Positions 21,991 through 31,896 of a DNA stretch of 64,000 bases are shown here, piece by piece. Every line of letters begins with the position of its first letter. Position 1 is the first letter of the stretch. The notes beneath the pieces are model-generated. The model made no database searches and was not told where the DNA came from. It was given only the letters and a program-made list of their open reading frames with translations. Made by a program: the position numbers and the translations under genes. Origin of the DNA: a virus; the IMG/VR virus record IMGVR_UViG_3300034200_001536, positions 1 to 64,000 of that record. One strand, given 5' to 3'.

Positions 21991-22932
21991 ATGTCTTTTT
22001 TTGATGATAAACAGGAAATTATTAAATTAGAATTAACCACTTATGGTAGATTTCTTCTATCAAGAGGTAAATTCAAGCCTGTTTATTATGCTTTTTATGA
22101 TGATGATGTTATATATGACTCTTTATACGGTAGTCTTTCTGAATCGCAAAATAGCATTCAAGATAGAGTATTTGATGAAACGCCTTCTTTAAAGCCACAA
22201 ACGACATATACAAGTATTGAAGATAGTGTAAAATTAAATAAATTAGTTTTAAGAGAGATAGATAAATTAAAAGAAGAAGAGTCACAAATTAGTGCAGATA
22301 AGAATTATGCTCTTTCTTTACCATTAGCTAATTCTTCATTAAGTTCTGATTACAGTCCCGCTTGGTCATTGTCCCTTATAAGCGGCTCTATTTCTTCTTC
22401 ACAGCCTTATATAGACAATAGCGATGGTTTATCAGGAAGTTTACAGCCTTACTTAAAAGTACCACAAATAAATCTTATTGATAATGTATATGACATAAAG
22501 ACTAAAAAAAATGAGTTTTCTTTAGATAATGGTTATGAATTTGTTACTGTTGAAGTATCTGGAAATGACCAATATGTATATTCAATGAAAAATAGTAATA
22601 TAATACTAAGTCTTTTAGAGGCAAATGTTGATAATCTAACTAAGAATTTTGATATAGAAGTTTTTGTTGAAGAAGAAGAAAAAATATTAGGTCGTGATGA
22701 AACAAAAAAAACCTTAAAACAGTTGAATTTTAAAAAAGATTCCGTATCTATCGTCAACAATATTTTATTAGACACTCCTATTACATTTGAAATACAAGAA
22801 GACGAAAATTATGTTGAATATTATTTTGAATTAACAATTGACGATGAAATAGAATTGCCACCACAACAAAATATTTCTACAAACACCTATCAATCAAATG
22901 TTAAGGGTGGTCCATTTGGAGTAGATTGCTAA
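21991..22932 (+). CDS. putative baseplate/tail-collar protein (paralogue of 28047)
   Basis: LELTTYGRFLLSRG..YYAFYDDDVIY parallels VLTDTGRMRLAKG..KFALGDDEIDY. Confidence 0.55.
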   Translation: MSFFDDKQEIIKLELTTYGRFLLSRGKFKPVYYAFYDDDVIYDSLYGSLSESQNSIQDRVFDETPSLKPQTTYTSIEDSVKLNKLVLREIDKLKEEESQISADKNYALSLPLANSSLSSDYSPAWSLSLISGSISSSQPYIDNSDGLSGSLQPYLKVPQINLIDNVYDIKTKKNEFSLDNGYEFVTVEVSGNDQYVYSMKNSNIILSLLEANVDNLTKNFDIEVFVEEEEKILGRDETKKTLKQLNFKKDSVSIVNNILLDTPITFEIQEDENYVEYYFELTIDDEIELPPQQNISTNTYQSNVKGGPFGVDC

Positions 22933-25900
22933 TGTTTTATAATTTAACAGATGCCCAAGTGGCAAAAATAAAATCTAATTTTTATCCTCAAGAAGAATTC
23001 AAAGGACAATTTTTAAGAAGAGTTATTGTAAATGATTATGGAACTGATAACGCTGATAATTCTGTAAGAATTGTCTATAATTTTAAAGATGGTCTTCAAA
23101 AAGACGAATCTGGCAATCAAATATATAAAGTTTTTAATAATCTTCAAGCTAAAAAATATATGAAACTTAAGATATTCGAAATCTTAAGCCAAAATATGTT
23201 AGATGAATTAAAATCTACAGACGAAATAGATATATTTAACGATATAGCAACATTAGAAAATGTAATTAATAAGTATGGCGCTTTAAGTAGAGATTTATCA
23301 CCTTCTTATGATTTTATAGGCGATAAAGTAGACCCTAATTTACACATAAAAGAAAAAGATGGTTCTATTAATTTAGTCTATGAAGTAACTTTTCTTTTAG
23401 CAAGAGCAAAAATAAATTTTCTTTCTATTGGAGCAGTATTTTATTTTGATAAAGAAGCTTATTTAAGCGACCAAAGCGTAGACGAAAGATTTATAGATAA
23501 AAGAATTTTATTAGATACATTAAACGTTTACAATTTATATTCTGACAATATATTAATAAAGGACGCTCCAGTTCAAGATTTACGTATTATTAAATCGGTT
23601 TTTAAGGCTAGTAACGATTTTAATAATCTTTTAAATATTATTAATTCTGATACAGTATATAACAAGCTTTTAGCCGTTAAACAACATAAAAATAAAGATT
23701 TTACAAAATCGAACACTTCTTTAGAGAACGACGAAGAGGCTAAAAGTGATATAGCAAAATATAATACCGCTATAGCAAAAAAGAAATATTTCTCAAACGT
23801 TTATTTTTCCAGAAATTCGAATAAGTTTCTTGGTTTTATTTTTAATTTAGATTATGAATCTTTAATTAAAGATAATTCTGCGTATGCAGCATTAATTAAT
23901 AGAACATCTTTAACAAAAGATTTTACTGATAAATGTAAAATTTCTTCTATAAAAATACTACGTAGAAAAATAGAAAAAAAATCTTTAGATAAAATATTAA
24001 TAAAAAAAGACACTACAATTAGTTTAGTGGATTCTGGAGAGCCAAAAACAAATAAAATTATTACTGAAATAGACACAAATTCAGCAGCTATTAAAGAAAT
24101 TAATTTAAAAACTGGCGCTAAGGCATATAGAACCTTTGCTGTTACTGATAAAACGGTCTTTTTTGAAAATAAGGCTTTATATCAATACGGCGTTGAGGTA
24201 CAGATAGCTGATTCTATAAACCAATATTTAATTTCCTTGGCAGATGATTTATCGGCCCAGTTACCAAATTTAAAAAATTATCTTGAAGAGACTAATAAAG
24301 TAGTTCGTATATCATACAGCGATGATGATGGTTATTCTATAGAAAACTCTTATGACCCATTAAAAAATACATTTACATCCAAATTTATTAATAGTTTTAA
24401 TGAAAAAAGAGTTGTTAAAGATTCAAATAATGTTGTTATAAAAGAATTACCCTCTTATAAAGATATAGTATCTAATGCTGGGGAGATTTTTGTTAATACT
24501 CTGTTAACAATTGGCTTATTAAAAGAAACAAATAAAGATAATTTTATAGATGTAATTGTTAATACATTAAATCCTATTAATTCAAATGCAAGTATAATAC
24601 AAAACTTTATTAATTCTTATCAAAGATTAATTAATGAAATTAATAGGCTTGCTAGAAACAATAAAAATAATACCTTTACTATTCAAAATTGGTTTATTAA
24701 TGACTACATAGATTCTACACAGGTAATTAATATCGGTTATAAATTTATAAGCCCAGAAAATTATCAAGGCTTAGGTCTTATTACATCTTTTAATTTAGCG
24801 TCTAGAGTTAATGAAGAATTAAACAAGTATGCGTTAAACCCCCAATCCGATTCAGCAGATTACGAAAATAAAAAATATTGTTTTCTATCTCCAAATATAA
24901 TTTATTCTAAAAGCAAAATAGTTAATATGCAAAATTTTGCAGAAAATGCTGAAGCTGTTACAAATTTAGACTTTATTGATTTAGAATTAGATATTAAAAA
25001 TAATAATTATTTTGGTCCAAATGTTATAGATAATACAAATATTAATAGCGAAAAAAGCAATAATACTGCTGATGTAAAAACAAACAAGTTATCTGTAGCG
25101 GGTAGTGTATTGGCGAATGCGTTTTCTATACACACAAAAAATCTTTTTGTTAAAACTACTGATAATCAAACTGTAAAAGAGCAAGAAAAAAATATTAAAA
25201 ATAAAAATGTAGATTTGTCATACTTGATGTTAGGTTTGTCTAAACAATATGATTTAACAAAAAATACTTATTTTAAAACAGTTAACAATAATAACAATGT
25301 TTTAAATAAAAATGATATTTTTTATAACTTAAACACTTCTCTAATTAATGATTTAAAAAATAAAGATATATTAAATAATCCTACTCCCACTAATGAAATA
25401 GCTTCTTTTGAACAAAATAAATTAAATTTACTGTCACCAGAAGTGCCAATACATATTAATTTATTGCTTGATGATAATGATAGATGTAAATTATTAAATA
25501 AAAGCCAAAATTATAAAAAATCTTTAGAATTGAATTCAAAATTTCAATTTTTATTTAACACCCTACACTCATTAGAAATAATGGAATATTCTGATAAAAG
25601 CACCTATAACGAAAACTGGTCTTTATTAACAAAAGAAAAATTATCTTCTTTAGAAATAAATTCTACATATCTTTGTAGATTGAGAAATTATCGTAATAAC
25701 ACTTTTGGTATTGAAGGTTATGAGCGTATAAAACTACCAGTATACGAACAATATTTTCTATTATTTAACTTAAACATTTCAAATGTTCTTAATAATTTAA
25801 GAACTCCCGAAATTACTAAAGATATCGTTAAACGTGATATAATCAATAAATTAACATTAAAAAATAACGTCGCTGTACAAATTAGTCCACCTGTCCCTAA

Positions 25901-25985
25901 TCAGAATTCACAAATAGATACAAAAAAGGTAATAAAAGCGTTTGGTCGTGAAAAAATAAACGTCCGCTTAGCTCCTAAAAAATAA
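22932..25985 (+). CDS. large hypothetical protein, Asn/Lys/Ile-rich
   Basis: About 1017 aa; the TAATG overlap favours ATG 22932 over TTG 22926. Confidence 0.7.
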   Translation: MFYNLTDAQVAKIKSNFYPQEEFKGQFLRRVIVNDYGTDNADNSVRIVYNFKDGLQKDESGNQIYKVFNNLQAKKYMKLKIFEILSQNMLDELKSTDEIDIFNDIATLENVINKYGALSRDLSPSYDFIGDKVDPNLHIKEKDGSINLVYEVTFLLARAKINFLSIGAVFYFDKEAYLSDQSVDERFIDKRILLDTLNVYNLYSDNILIKDAPVQDLRIIKSVFKASNDFNNLLNIINSDTVYNKLLAVKQHKNKDFTKSNTSLENDEEAKSDIAKYNTAIAKKKYFSNVYFSRNSNKFLGFIFNLDYESLIKDNSAYAALINRTSLTKDFTDKCKISSIKILRRKIEKKSLDKILIKKDTTISLVDSGEPKTNKIITEIDTNSAAIKEINLKTGAKAYRTFAVTDKTVFFENKALYQYGVEVQIADSINQYLISLADDLSAQLPNLKNYLEETNKVVRISYSDDDGYSIENSYDPLKNTFTSKFINSFNEKRVVKDSNNVVIKELPSYKDIVSNAGEIFVNTLLTIGLLKETNKDNFIDVIVNTLNPINSNASIIQNFINSYQRLINEINRLARNNKNNTFTIQNWFINDYIDSTQVINIGYKFISPENYQGLGLITSFNLASRVNEELNKYALNPQSDSADYENKKYCFLSPNIIYSKSKIVNMQNFAENAEAVTNLDFIDLELDIKNNNYFGPNVIDNTNINSEKSNNTADVKTNKLSVAGSVLANAFSIHTKNLFVKTTDNQTVKEQEKNIKNKNVDLSYLMLGLSKQYDLTKNTYFKTVNNNNNVLNKNDIFYNLNTSLINDLKNKDILNNPTPTNEIASFEQNKLNLLSPEVPIHINLLLDDNDRCKLLNKSQNYKKSLELNSKFQFLFNTLHSLEIMEYSDKSTYNENWSLLTKEKLSSLEINSTYLCRLRNYRNNTFGIEGYERIKLPVYEQYFLLFNLNISNVLNNLRTPEITKDIVKRDIINKLTLKNNVAVQISPPVPNQNSQIDTKKVIKAFGREKINVRLAPKK

Positions 25986-25999
25986 AGGAGAGTAAATAA

Positions 26000-27985
26000 A
26001 TGTCTAAAATAGGCAAAAAATATAATTTTTTTTCTGATGATGCTTTGAAAATACAAAATTTTTATTCTTATCTCTTGAATTTAAGAAGAGAAAATATCAA
26101 TTTAACAGTTGATGAAAAATACGATGAAAATAGCAAATCTTATACTGGCAGTATAAATTTATCAGGTCCGAGAGAAACTTTAGAAAAAATATTAAATTTA
26201 ACAGAGTTTTTAGACTTTATTAGTCCTAGAAGATTAAGAAAAAGTACAGTTTTTTCTACCAATACGCATTATGAAGAGTTATTAGAACTAACTAATGTTA
26301 AATTATCTTCTTCTTTTGATGGATTAAATTTGTATAAATTTCAATCACCTTTGGAATATAACTTCTTAGTCAAAAATTATGAATCTTATTTAAATCAAAA
26401 CAATAATATTTCTGAAACAGCATTACCTTATTATTACGACGTTTTAGCTGAATTTGTACAAAATGATAATTTTCAAGGATTTGAAGGAACTTCATTTTAT
26501 GAAAATCCTAAAAATATTATTACAACAAATAATAGACCTGAATTAATAACAAATATAATTCCGTCATACGTAAATGTTGACAATGAGTTAATACAAATAG
26601 ACAATTATTTAACAAAATTTGATATTTACAAAGAACAATTTCCATTTTATACCGATATAAAATTTAGTACGCACGAAAAAGATGAAAACAATATATCAGA
26701 CGCTCTTCAGCAAAAAAATTTATATACTGATTTATTAGAAATTGCTTCTAAAGGAACAAATAGTCAATTATTTTTTAAAAACTCTATCGCAAATACGTCT
26801 TCTATTATAAAAGTTAAAGAGGCAGATTTAAATGAATTTTTAACACAAACATTAGATACATTTGCAAACAATGATTTTACATTTATATTTGATATAAATT
26901 CAAGAGTTGATAATAAAGCAAGGTCTTTTTTAGAAGTTTTACAAAATAAAGAAGAATATTCTGAAATTGTCGGCTATCATCTTAAAAAATTTGATGGTAC
27001 CACGAATACATTAATTCAAGAATGGTACTTACCTAATGTATCAGAGAAAGATTATAAATGGATAGATACTCAAATAAAATATAATAAAACTTATACATAT
27101 AAACTTGATTTAATTGTTTTATCTTTTTCAACAGAATTTATTTTTAGCGACCCAGAATTAATAAGAAAAAATTTAATTATTAATTTTACCAATAAGCCTT
27201 TAATAAAAGTATATGTATTAGATGCGTTAACAAATTCGTCTAATATTACTTTAGGAGCTTCTTATACAAATAAGTTATTAGATTATCCACCATTGGACCC
27301 TGAAATTGAAATTGTTCCTTTTATAAACGTGGCAAATCAAATAAAAATTAATCTTAATACCTCTACTGGTAAAAAAACTATACCAGCAATTGTTTTTTCT
27401 GCTACTGAACAAATCGATAAAAATGATTTAAAATTAGCACAAAATAAAAATCCAACTGATACACTAGTGACTTTTCAAGCGGACGAACCTAATACGTCTT
27501 TTGAGATTTATAGATTAGATTTCAAACCATCAAGTTATGAAGATTTTTTTGGTAATCGCTTAGCGTTAATTTCAACTGAAAATTCATCTGCTGGCTCTTA
27601 TTTAGATACTATACAACAAAATAAAAAATATTATTATATTGCGAGAGGGGTGGATTTTCATAATCACGTATCTAATCCAACTCCTTTATATGAAGTGGAA
27701 TTAATAAATGATAATGGACTTATTATTCCTATAATAAATGTAGTCGATTTTGATAAAAAACAAAATTTCAAACAATCAAATAAAAGTTTTAAACGTTATC
27801 TTAAAATACAACCAGCCTTAAGACATAGACTAATAAATACTGAAATTTTATCTTCTGGTAAAATAGAATTAGGTAGTGATGAAATAACCCCTTGGAACAA
27901 AAACTTTAAAATACGTGTTACTTCTAAGTCTACAGGTAAAAAAATAGACATAAACTTAACATTTAAATACAATAAACTATCATAA
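26000..27985 (+). CDS. hypothetical virion protein with FN3-like repeats
   Basis: WIDTQIKYNKTYTY and YLDTIQQNKKYYY motifs; AAGGAG RBS. Confidence 0.65.
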   Translation: MSKIGKKYNFFSDDALKIQNFYSYLLNLRRENINLTVDEKYDENSKSYTGSINLSGPRETLEKILNLTEFLDFISPRRLRKSTVFSTNTHYEELLELTNVKLSSSFDGLNLYKFQSPLEYNFLVKNYESYLNQNNNISETALPYYYDVLAEFVQNDNFQGFEGTSFYENPKNIITTNNRPELITNIIPSYVNVDNELIQIDNYLTKFDIYKEQFPFYTDIKFSTHEKDENNISDALQQKNLYTDLLEIASKGTNSQLFFKNSIANTSSIIKVKEADLNEFLTQTLDTFANNDFTFIFDINSRVDNKARSFLEVLQNKEEYSEIVGYHLKKFDGTTNTLIQEWYLPNVSEKDYKWIDTQIKYNKTYTYKLDLIVLSFSTEFIFSDPELIRKNLIINFTNKPLIKVYVLDALTNSSNITLGASYTNKLLDYPPLDPEIEIVPFINVANQIKINLNTSTGKKTIPAIVFSATEQIDKNDLKLAQNKNPTDTLVTFQADEPNTSFEIYRLDFKPSSYEDFFGNRLALISTENSSAGSYLDTIQQNKKYYYIARGVDFHNHVSNPTPLYEVELINDNGLIIPIINVVDFDKKQNFKQSNKSFKRYLKIQPALRHRLINTEILSSGKIELGSDEITPWNKNFKIRVTSKSTGKKIDINLTFKYNKLS

Positions 27986-28003
27986 AGAAATAACAAATAA
28001 ATA

Positions 28004-28032
28004 TTTGATACTATTTATAGAAAAGTATCAAA
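28004..28032 (+). promoter_or_regulatory. late promoter ACTATTTATA within a 9-bp inverted repeat
   Basis: TTTGATACT-N11-AGTATCAAA. Confidence 0.6.
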
Positions 28033-28046
28033 AAGGATAAAAAAAC

Positions 28047-29006
28047 ATGGCATTTTTAGATAATAGTGGCGACATCATCCTCGATGCTGTATTAACAGAT
28101 ACAGGTCGTATGCGTTTAGCAAAAGGCGACGGTTCTTTTAGAATAGCCAAATTTGCCCTAGGAGATGATGAAATCGATTATTCTTTATATAATTCTAATC
28201 ATACTAGTGGCTCTGCTTATTTTGATTTAGAGATTCTACAAACGCCAGTTTTAGAGGCATTTACTAATAATGCTTCAAGTATGAAAAGTAAACTATTATC
28301 GATTTCGAAAAACAATCTTTTGTATTTGCCAGTAATAAAAATTAATGATTTAATTGCTAAAACTACCCCAGCAACCGCTTTAGTTAATAATGGTTACATC
28401 TTAGCGGTAGATACTGATACAGAAACATATCTAAAACAAGATACTTTAGCTTATAATACAGTAGGTTTAGATAATACTGGTATCTTATTTGGCAAAGATT
28501 ATATTAATGGCGGTTTTATAAGAACCGACCAAGGCCAAGATACAACACAAATTCCTGTTGGTGCATTGGACACTGATTTGGTTGAAACTCAATATTTAGT
28601 AGAAATAGATAATCGTTTTGCTTCTTTGGCTGCTGGTGACCAAAGCGGCTTAAAGGCTGAGCCATCGTATATTGATGATGATAATATAGCTACTTATTAT
28701 TTTTCTAGAGGCGTGGATGTGTCTTTTATAGGTGATTTACCAAACTCTACTGATGCTCAAAATCAAGTTATTGCTGGTCCAAGAGGAACATATTTAAATT
28801 TTAAACTTATTTCCCAAAATGAAGTGGCTTCAAGCGATTACCTTTTTAATCAATTAGGCAAAGAAATATATAGTGGTTTTTCTGGCGGCTCTTTAGCCGC
28901 AGCAACTAGCGTAAGAAGTATTCTTACAAATATTAGAGTCACTGGTGTTACCACGGGAAATACAGTGGACATTCCATTGTTGATTGTTAAAAAAATAGCA
29001 CCATAA
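28047..29006 (+). CDS. putative tail-collar/baseplate protein
   Basis: LTDTGR..LA....FALGD resembles the N-terminus of tail-collar fibre (DUF3751-like) domains. Confidence 0.55.
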   Translation: MAFLDNSGDIILDAVLTDTGRMRLAKGDGSFRIAKFALGDDEIDYSLYNSNHTSGSAYFDLEILQTPVLEAFTNNASSMKSKLLSISKNNLLYLPVIKINDLIAKTTPATALVNNGYILAVDTDTETYLKQDTLAYNTVGLDNTGILFGKDYINGGFIRTDQGQDTTQIPVGALDTDLVETQYLVEIDNRFASLAAGDQSGLKAEPSYIDDDNIATYYFSRGVDVSFIGDLPNSTDAQNQVIAGPRGTYLNFKLISQNEVASSDYLFNQLGKEIYSGFSGGSLAAATSVRSILTNIRVTGVTTGNTVDIPLLIVKKIAP

Positions 29007-29021
29007 TAAAGGAAGAATTAA

Positions 29022-30137
29022 ATGGCTACAACTTTTAAAACGTTTTTAGATGATGACATTGTTTCCACAAGAACACTTTTGCATGAAAATATTCCTTTAA
29101 CTGGTACTGTGGTATCTAGTTCAGCTTATGGAACTTCAAGTATCAAAACATATTCTCATGGTATGTTTCAAAGTGTTTATGATTATCCATATTTAAGCTC
29201 TTCCGCAAACCAATTATTTGATTTAACTGCTGGACAAGCGGTTGGTTCTCCCGGTAGCAGCAGCTTAGCGTTAGATGCTTTTGCAAAAAAGAAAATTAAT
29301 ATTTATAATCAAATGGCGCAAGTATTAGTAGGATACGATACAACAGGCTCAATAGTTCAATTTGACCGTGATGGCGACCCTGCTACAACTGGTGACAAAT
29401 ACAGTTCTATGTTCTATTTTAATTTTTCTCGTTTGTTAGTTAAGGATGAAATTAAAAAAGGTAGCTTCCAAATGACTTTGATGAATGGTTCTTCTGCCAC
29501 ATCAGTTTCATCCTCTACTTGTTTAGTAAGCGATGCTAGCGGAACAGCAAATTATAAGATTAATTCGCCTGCTGGAGAATATGGTATTCTATACGCTAGC
29601 AATTTTACTGGTAATAATGGTTCTAATCCAACAGCATCTGTAGGTTTTGTATTTTATCAAGCGGGTGTTGTTGCATTATCAACAGCAATTTTTGCTGCTT
29701 CTGGTACAAATAGTCCTTCTACTTCAATGTCTAGTAGCCAGTTTGGTCAATTAGCTACTGCTGCGCAAATGCGCGGAACAAGTACCACATATACAAACGT
29801 TGAAACATTATTTGAAAGTGGAAGTATAAATGATATTGGCGCTGCTTTAAGACAAAGAATTAATAACATCACTTTTAATAATACAACTGAGTTAAATTCC
29901 TCTATACACTTCTGCCGTGTTAATCACAATGAGTTTAATTATAGCGCAAATCCAACTTATTTGAGCAGCAGCCAAATTCGTGTTAAAAATAAATCTAGTG
30001 ATGCACCAGTGTCATACATTACAACAGTTGGTTTGTATTCACCAGATAATGAATTGTTGGCAGTTGCTAAGCTTTCCGAGCCACTAAAGAAAGACCCAAC
30101 ACAAGAAATGATTTTAAGAGTTAGATTAGACTACTAA
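29022..30137 (+). CDS. putative baseplate/collar virion protein
   Basis: C-terminal YITTVGLYSPDNELLAVAKLSEPLKK motif, shared with 30915. Confidence 0.6.
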   Translation: MATTFKTFLDDDIVSTRTLLHENIPLTGTVVSSSAYGTSSIKTYSHGMFQSVYDYPYLSSSANQLFDLTAGQAVGSPGSSSLALDAFAKKKINIYNQMAQVLVGYDTTGSIVQFDRDGDPATTGDKYSSMFYFNFSRLLVKDEIKKGSFQMTLMNGSSATSVSSSTCLVSDASGTANYKINSPAGEYGILYASNFTGNNGSNPTASVGFVFYQAGVVALSTAIFAASGTNSPSTSMSSSQFGQLATAAQMRGTSTTYTNVETLFESGSINDIGAALRQRINNITFNNTTELNSSIHFCRVNHNEFNYSANPTYLSSSQIRVKNKSSDAPVSYITTVGLYSPDNELLAVAKLSEPLKKDPTQEMILRVRLDY

Positions 30138-30138
30138 T

Positions 30139-30378
30139 ATGTCTTACAAAAAGTTTGAACAAGGAGATTTAATATATAATACAATAAAAGCAAAACCACG
30201 TTTTGAATTCAAAATATTTAAAGGAAATGTTTTTTTAAATGATTCATCAAATAGTTTTGCATTATTAAATTCTCTAGGCGGTCCTGCATTTGCTTCCGGT
30301 TCTGCGCCATCACTTTGTATAGAAAACGCATACGATTTTAGTTGCCTAGAAAACTCACAATATTTACCAACGATTTAA
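30139..30378 (+). CDS. small hypothetical virion protein
   Basis: N-terminus (KKFEQGDL) resembles that of 29022 (KTFLDDDI). Confidence 0.6.
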   Translation: MSYKKFEQGDLIYNTIKAKPRFEFKIFKGNVFLNDSSNSFALLNSLGGPAFASGSAPSLCIENAYDFSCLENSQYLPTI

Positions 30379-30396
30379 AGATTAAAGGAAATGTAA

Positions 30397-30870
30397 ATGG
30401 CTATTCAAAGCATGATTATAAAAGATGGAGCAGGCAACACTAAATCCTTAACGGTAGAAAGTTCCAGTTATGGCTTTATACCATTTCATCAAATAACCTC
30501 TTCTGTTGCTGCGCCGGTTTATGTAACAGAAACGCCAGTAACCACTGTAGCACAAAGCGCCGTTACTACTTTTAACTATGGAACATCCGCTAGCGGAACA
30601 TTTTCAATAGCCAATAATAGCACCACAAGAAAAGGTTTAACTGTTTTCAATCCCGGTCCAAGTAATTTGTATCTAGCTTTGTCAACTGCCGGTGGAACAA
30701 CTAACGGCTTTACACTTACTAATACTGCCAGTGCTCCTACACTATATTCTTTTATTATTTATCCTTCTGGCACGTATACAGCCGATTCTACAACTGCTGG
30801 TGTTTATCACGGTGGTTATTTTATTAGCGGTTCAACGTCTGCAGGCGTCTTTATTTCTGCTATAAGCTAG
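30397..30870 (+). CDS. Ser/Thr-rich virion protein
   Basis: AAGGA RBS; RKGLTVFNPGPSNLYL beta-sandwich-like segment. Confidence 0.65.
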   Translation: MAIQSMIIKDGAGNTKSLTVESSSYGFIPFHQITSSVAAPVYVTETPVTTVAQSAVTTFNYGTSASGTFSIANNSTTRKGLTVFNPGPSNLYLALSTAGGTTNGFTLTNTASAPTLYSFIIYPSGTYTADSTTAGVYHGGYFISGSTSAGVFISAIS

Positions 30871-30896
30871 TAATAAATGCACTGTTTTTCTTAACG

Positions 30897-30916
30897 TGAT
30901 ATAATTACTATATCAT
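30897..30916 (+). promoter_or_regulatory. TGaTATAAT promoter-like site with hairpin abutting the start codon
   Basis: TGATATA-attac-TATATCA; ATG 9 nt after TATAAT; no RBS. Confidence 0.45.
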
Positions 30917-31895
30917 GGCAGATAATACAAAATACTATCCTTTTTTGCCAAAAGGTAGTTCTTTAGACGGCTTTAAGACAGTTAGTAATACCGATTTTGC
31001 TCCCACGCAATACGGTGAAATAATTTCTGGCTCTTATGCATATTCTTCTTCTATAAGTACAGAATATTTTTATCAAGTAAGTGGTTTTGTTAGTGAAAGA
31101 AGGCGAATTTATGCCCTTAAAAACACTTTAAATAGTTATCTGCATTATAGTCAGCATTACGCATATAGTTCTAGTTTAGGTAACAAAGCAGACCAAGCAT
31201 TAAATCTAATCAATATTCCGTCTATTTTTTATGGTTCTTCAATAGATAAAGGTAGCATAGAATTATCATACTATATATCTGGTACTCTTGTAGGAAAATT
31301 ACAAGATATTAATAAAAACGGTGAACTAATACAAACGACAGGAGCTTTAGGATTAGGACAAGTGGCAGGTGTAGTATTATATAACGAAGGCTTTATAGTT
31401 CTAACTGGTTCTTGGAAATTAGATAATAATTTTCAGGAAACGCTAATTTATAACCCTTCAGCAGCAACCGATTATGCTCGATGGATAAATTGGGGAGCTG
31501 GTTTATATCGTGATGATAATAATACTATTTCAGCTAGCTTTGATTTAAATTTTGAAGGCGTTAATTATATTAATACCGTTACCATGTTTGCGCATGCTGA
31601 TAAAGGAGAATTAAACCACTCTAATAATCCAACATATGTTAAATACTTAAATACTGGTTTTTCGCAGCCAACAATAACAAATAATTCTTATAGTGAATAT
31701 GCTTATAGTGAAATAAAAAATGTTGTAAAATACTCTTATGAAAATTTTACAGGTAGCTTAGAAAAACAAACTTTTATTTCTAAAATAGGCATATATGATG
31801 AGAATAAAAATCTTATTGCAATTGCAAAATTAGCAAAACCAATTAAAAAAACAGAAAATCGTGATTTTACCTTTAAGCTTAAATTAGATATATAA
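30915..31895 (+). CDS. putative baseplate/collar virion protein (paralogue of 29022)
   Basis: ELNHSNNPTY and FISKIGIYDENKNLIAIAKLAKPIKK. Confidence 0.6.
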   Translation: MADNTKYYPFLPKGSSLDGFKTVSNTDFAPTQYGEIISGSYAYSSSISTEYFYQVSGFVSERRRIYALKNTLNSYLHYSQHYAYSSSLGNKADQALNLINIPSIFYGSSIDKGSIELSYYISGTLVGKLQDINKNGELIQTTGALGLGQVAGVVLYNEGFIVLTGSWKLDNNFQETLIYNPSAATDYARWINWGAGLYRDDNNTISASFDLNFEGVNYINTVTMFAHADKGELNHSNNPTYVKYLNTGFSQPTITNNSYSEYAYSEIKNVVKYSYENFTGSLEKQTFISKIGIYDENKNLIAIAKLAKPIKKTENRDFTFKLKLDI

Positions 31896-31896
31896 A

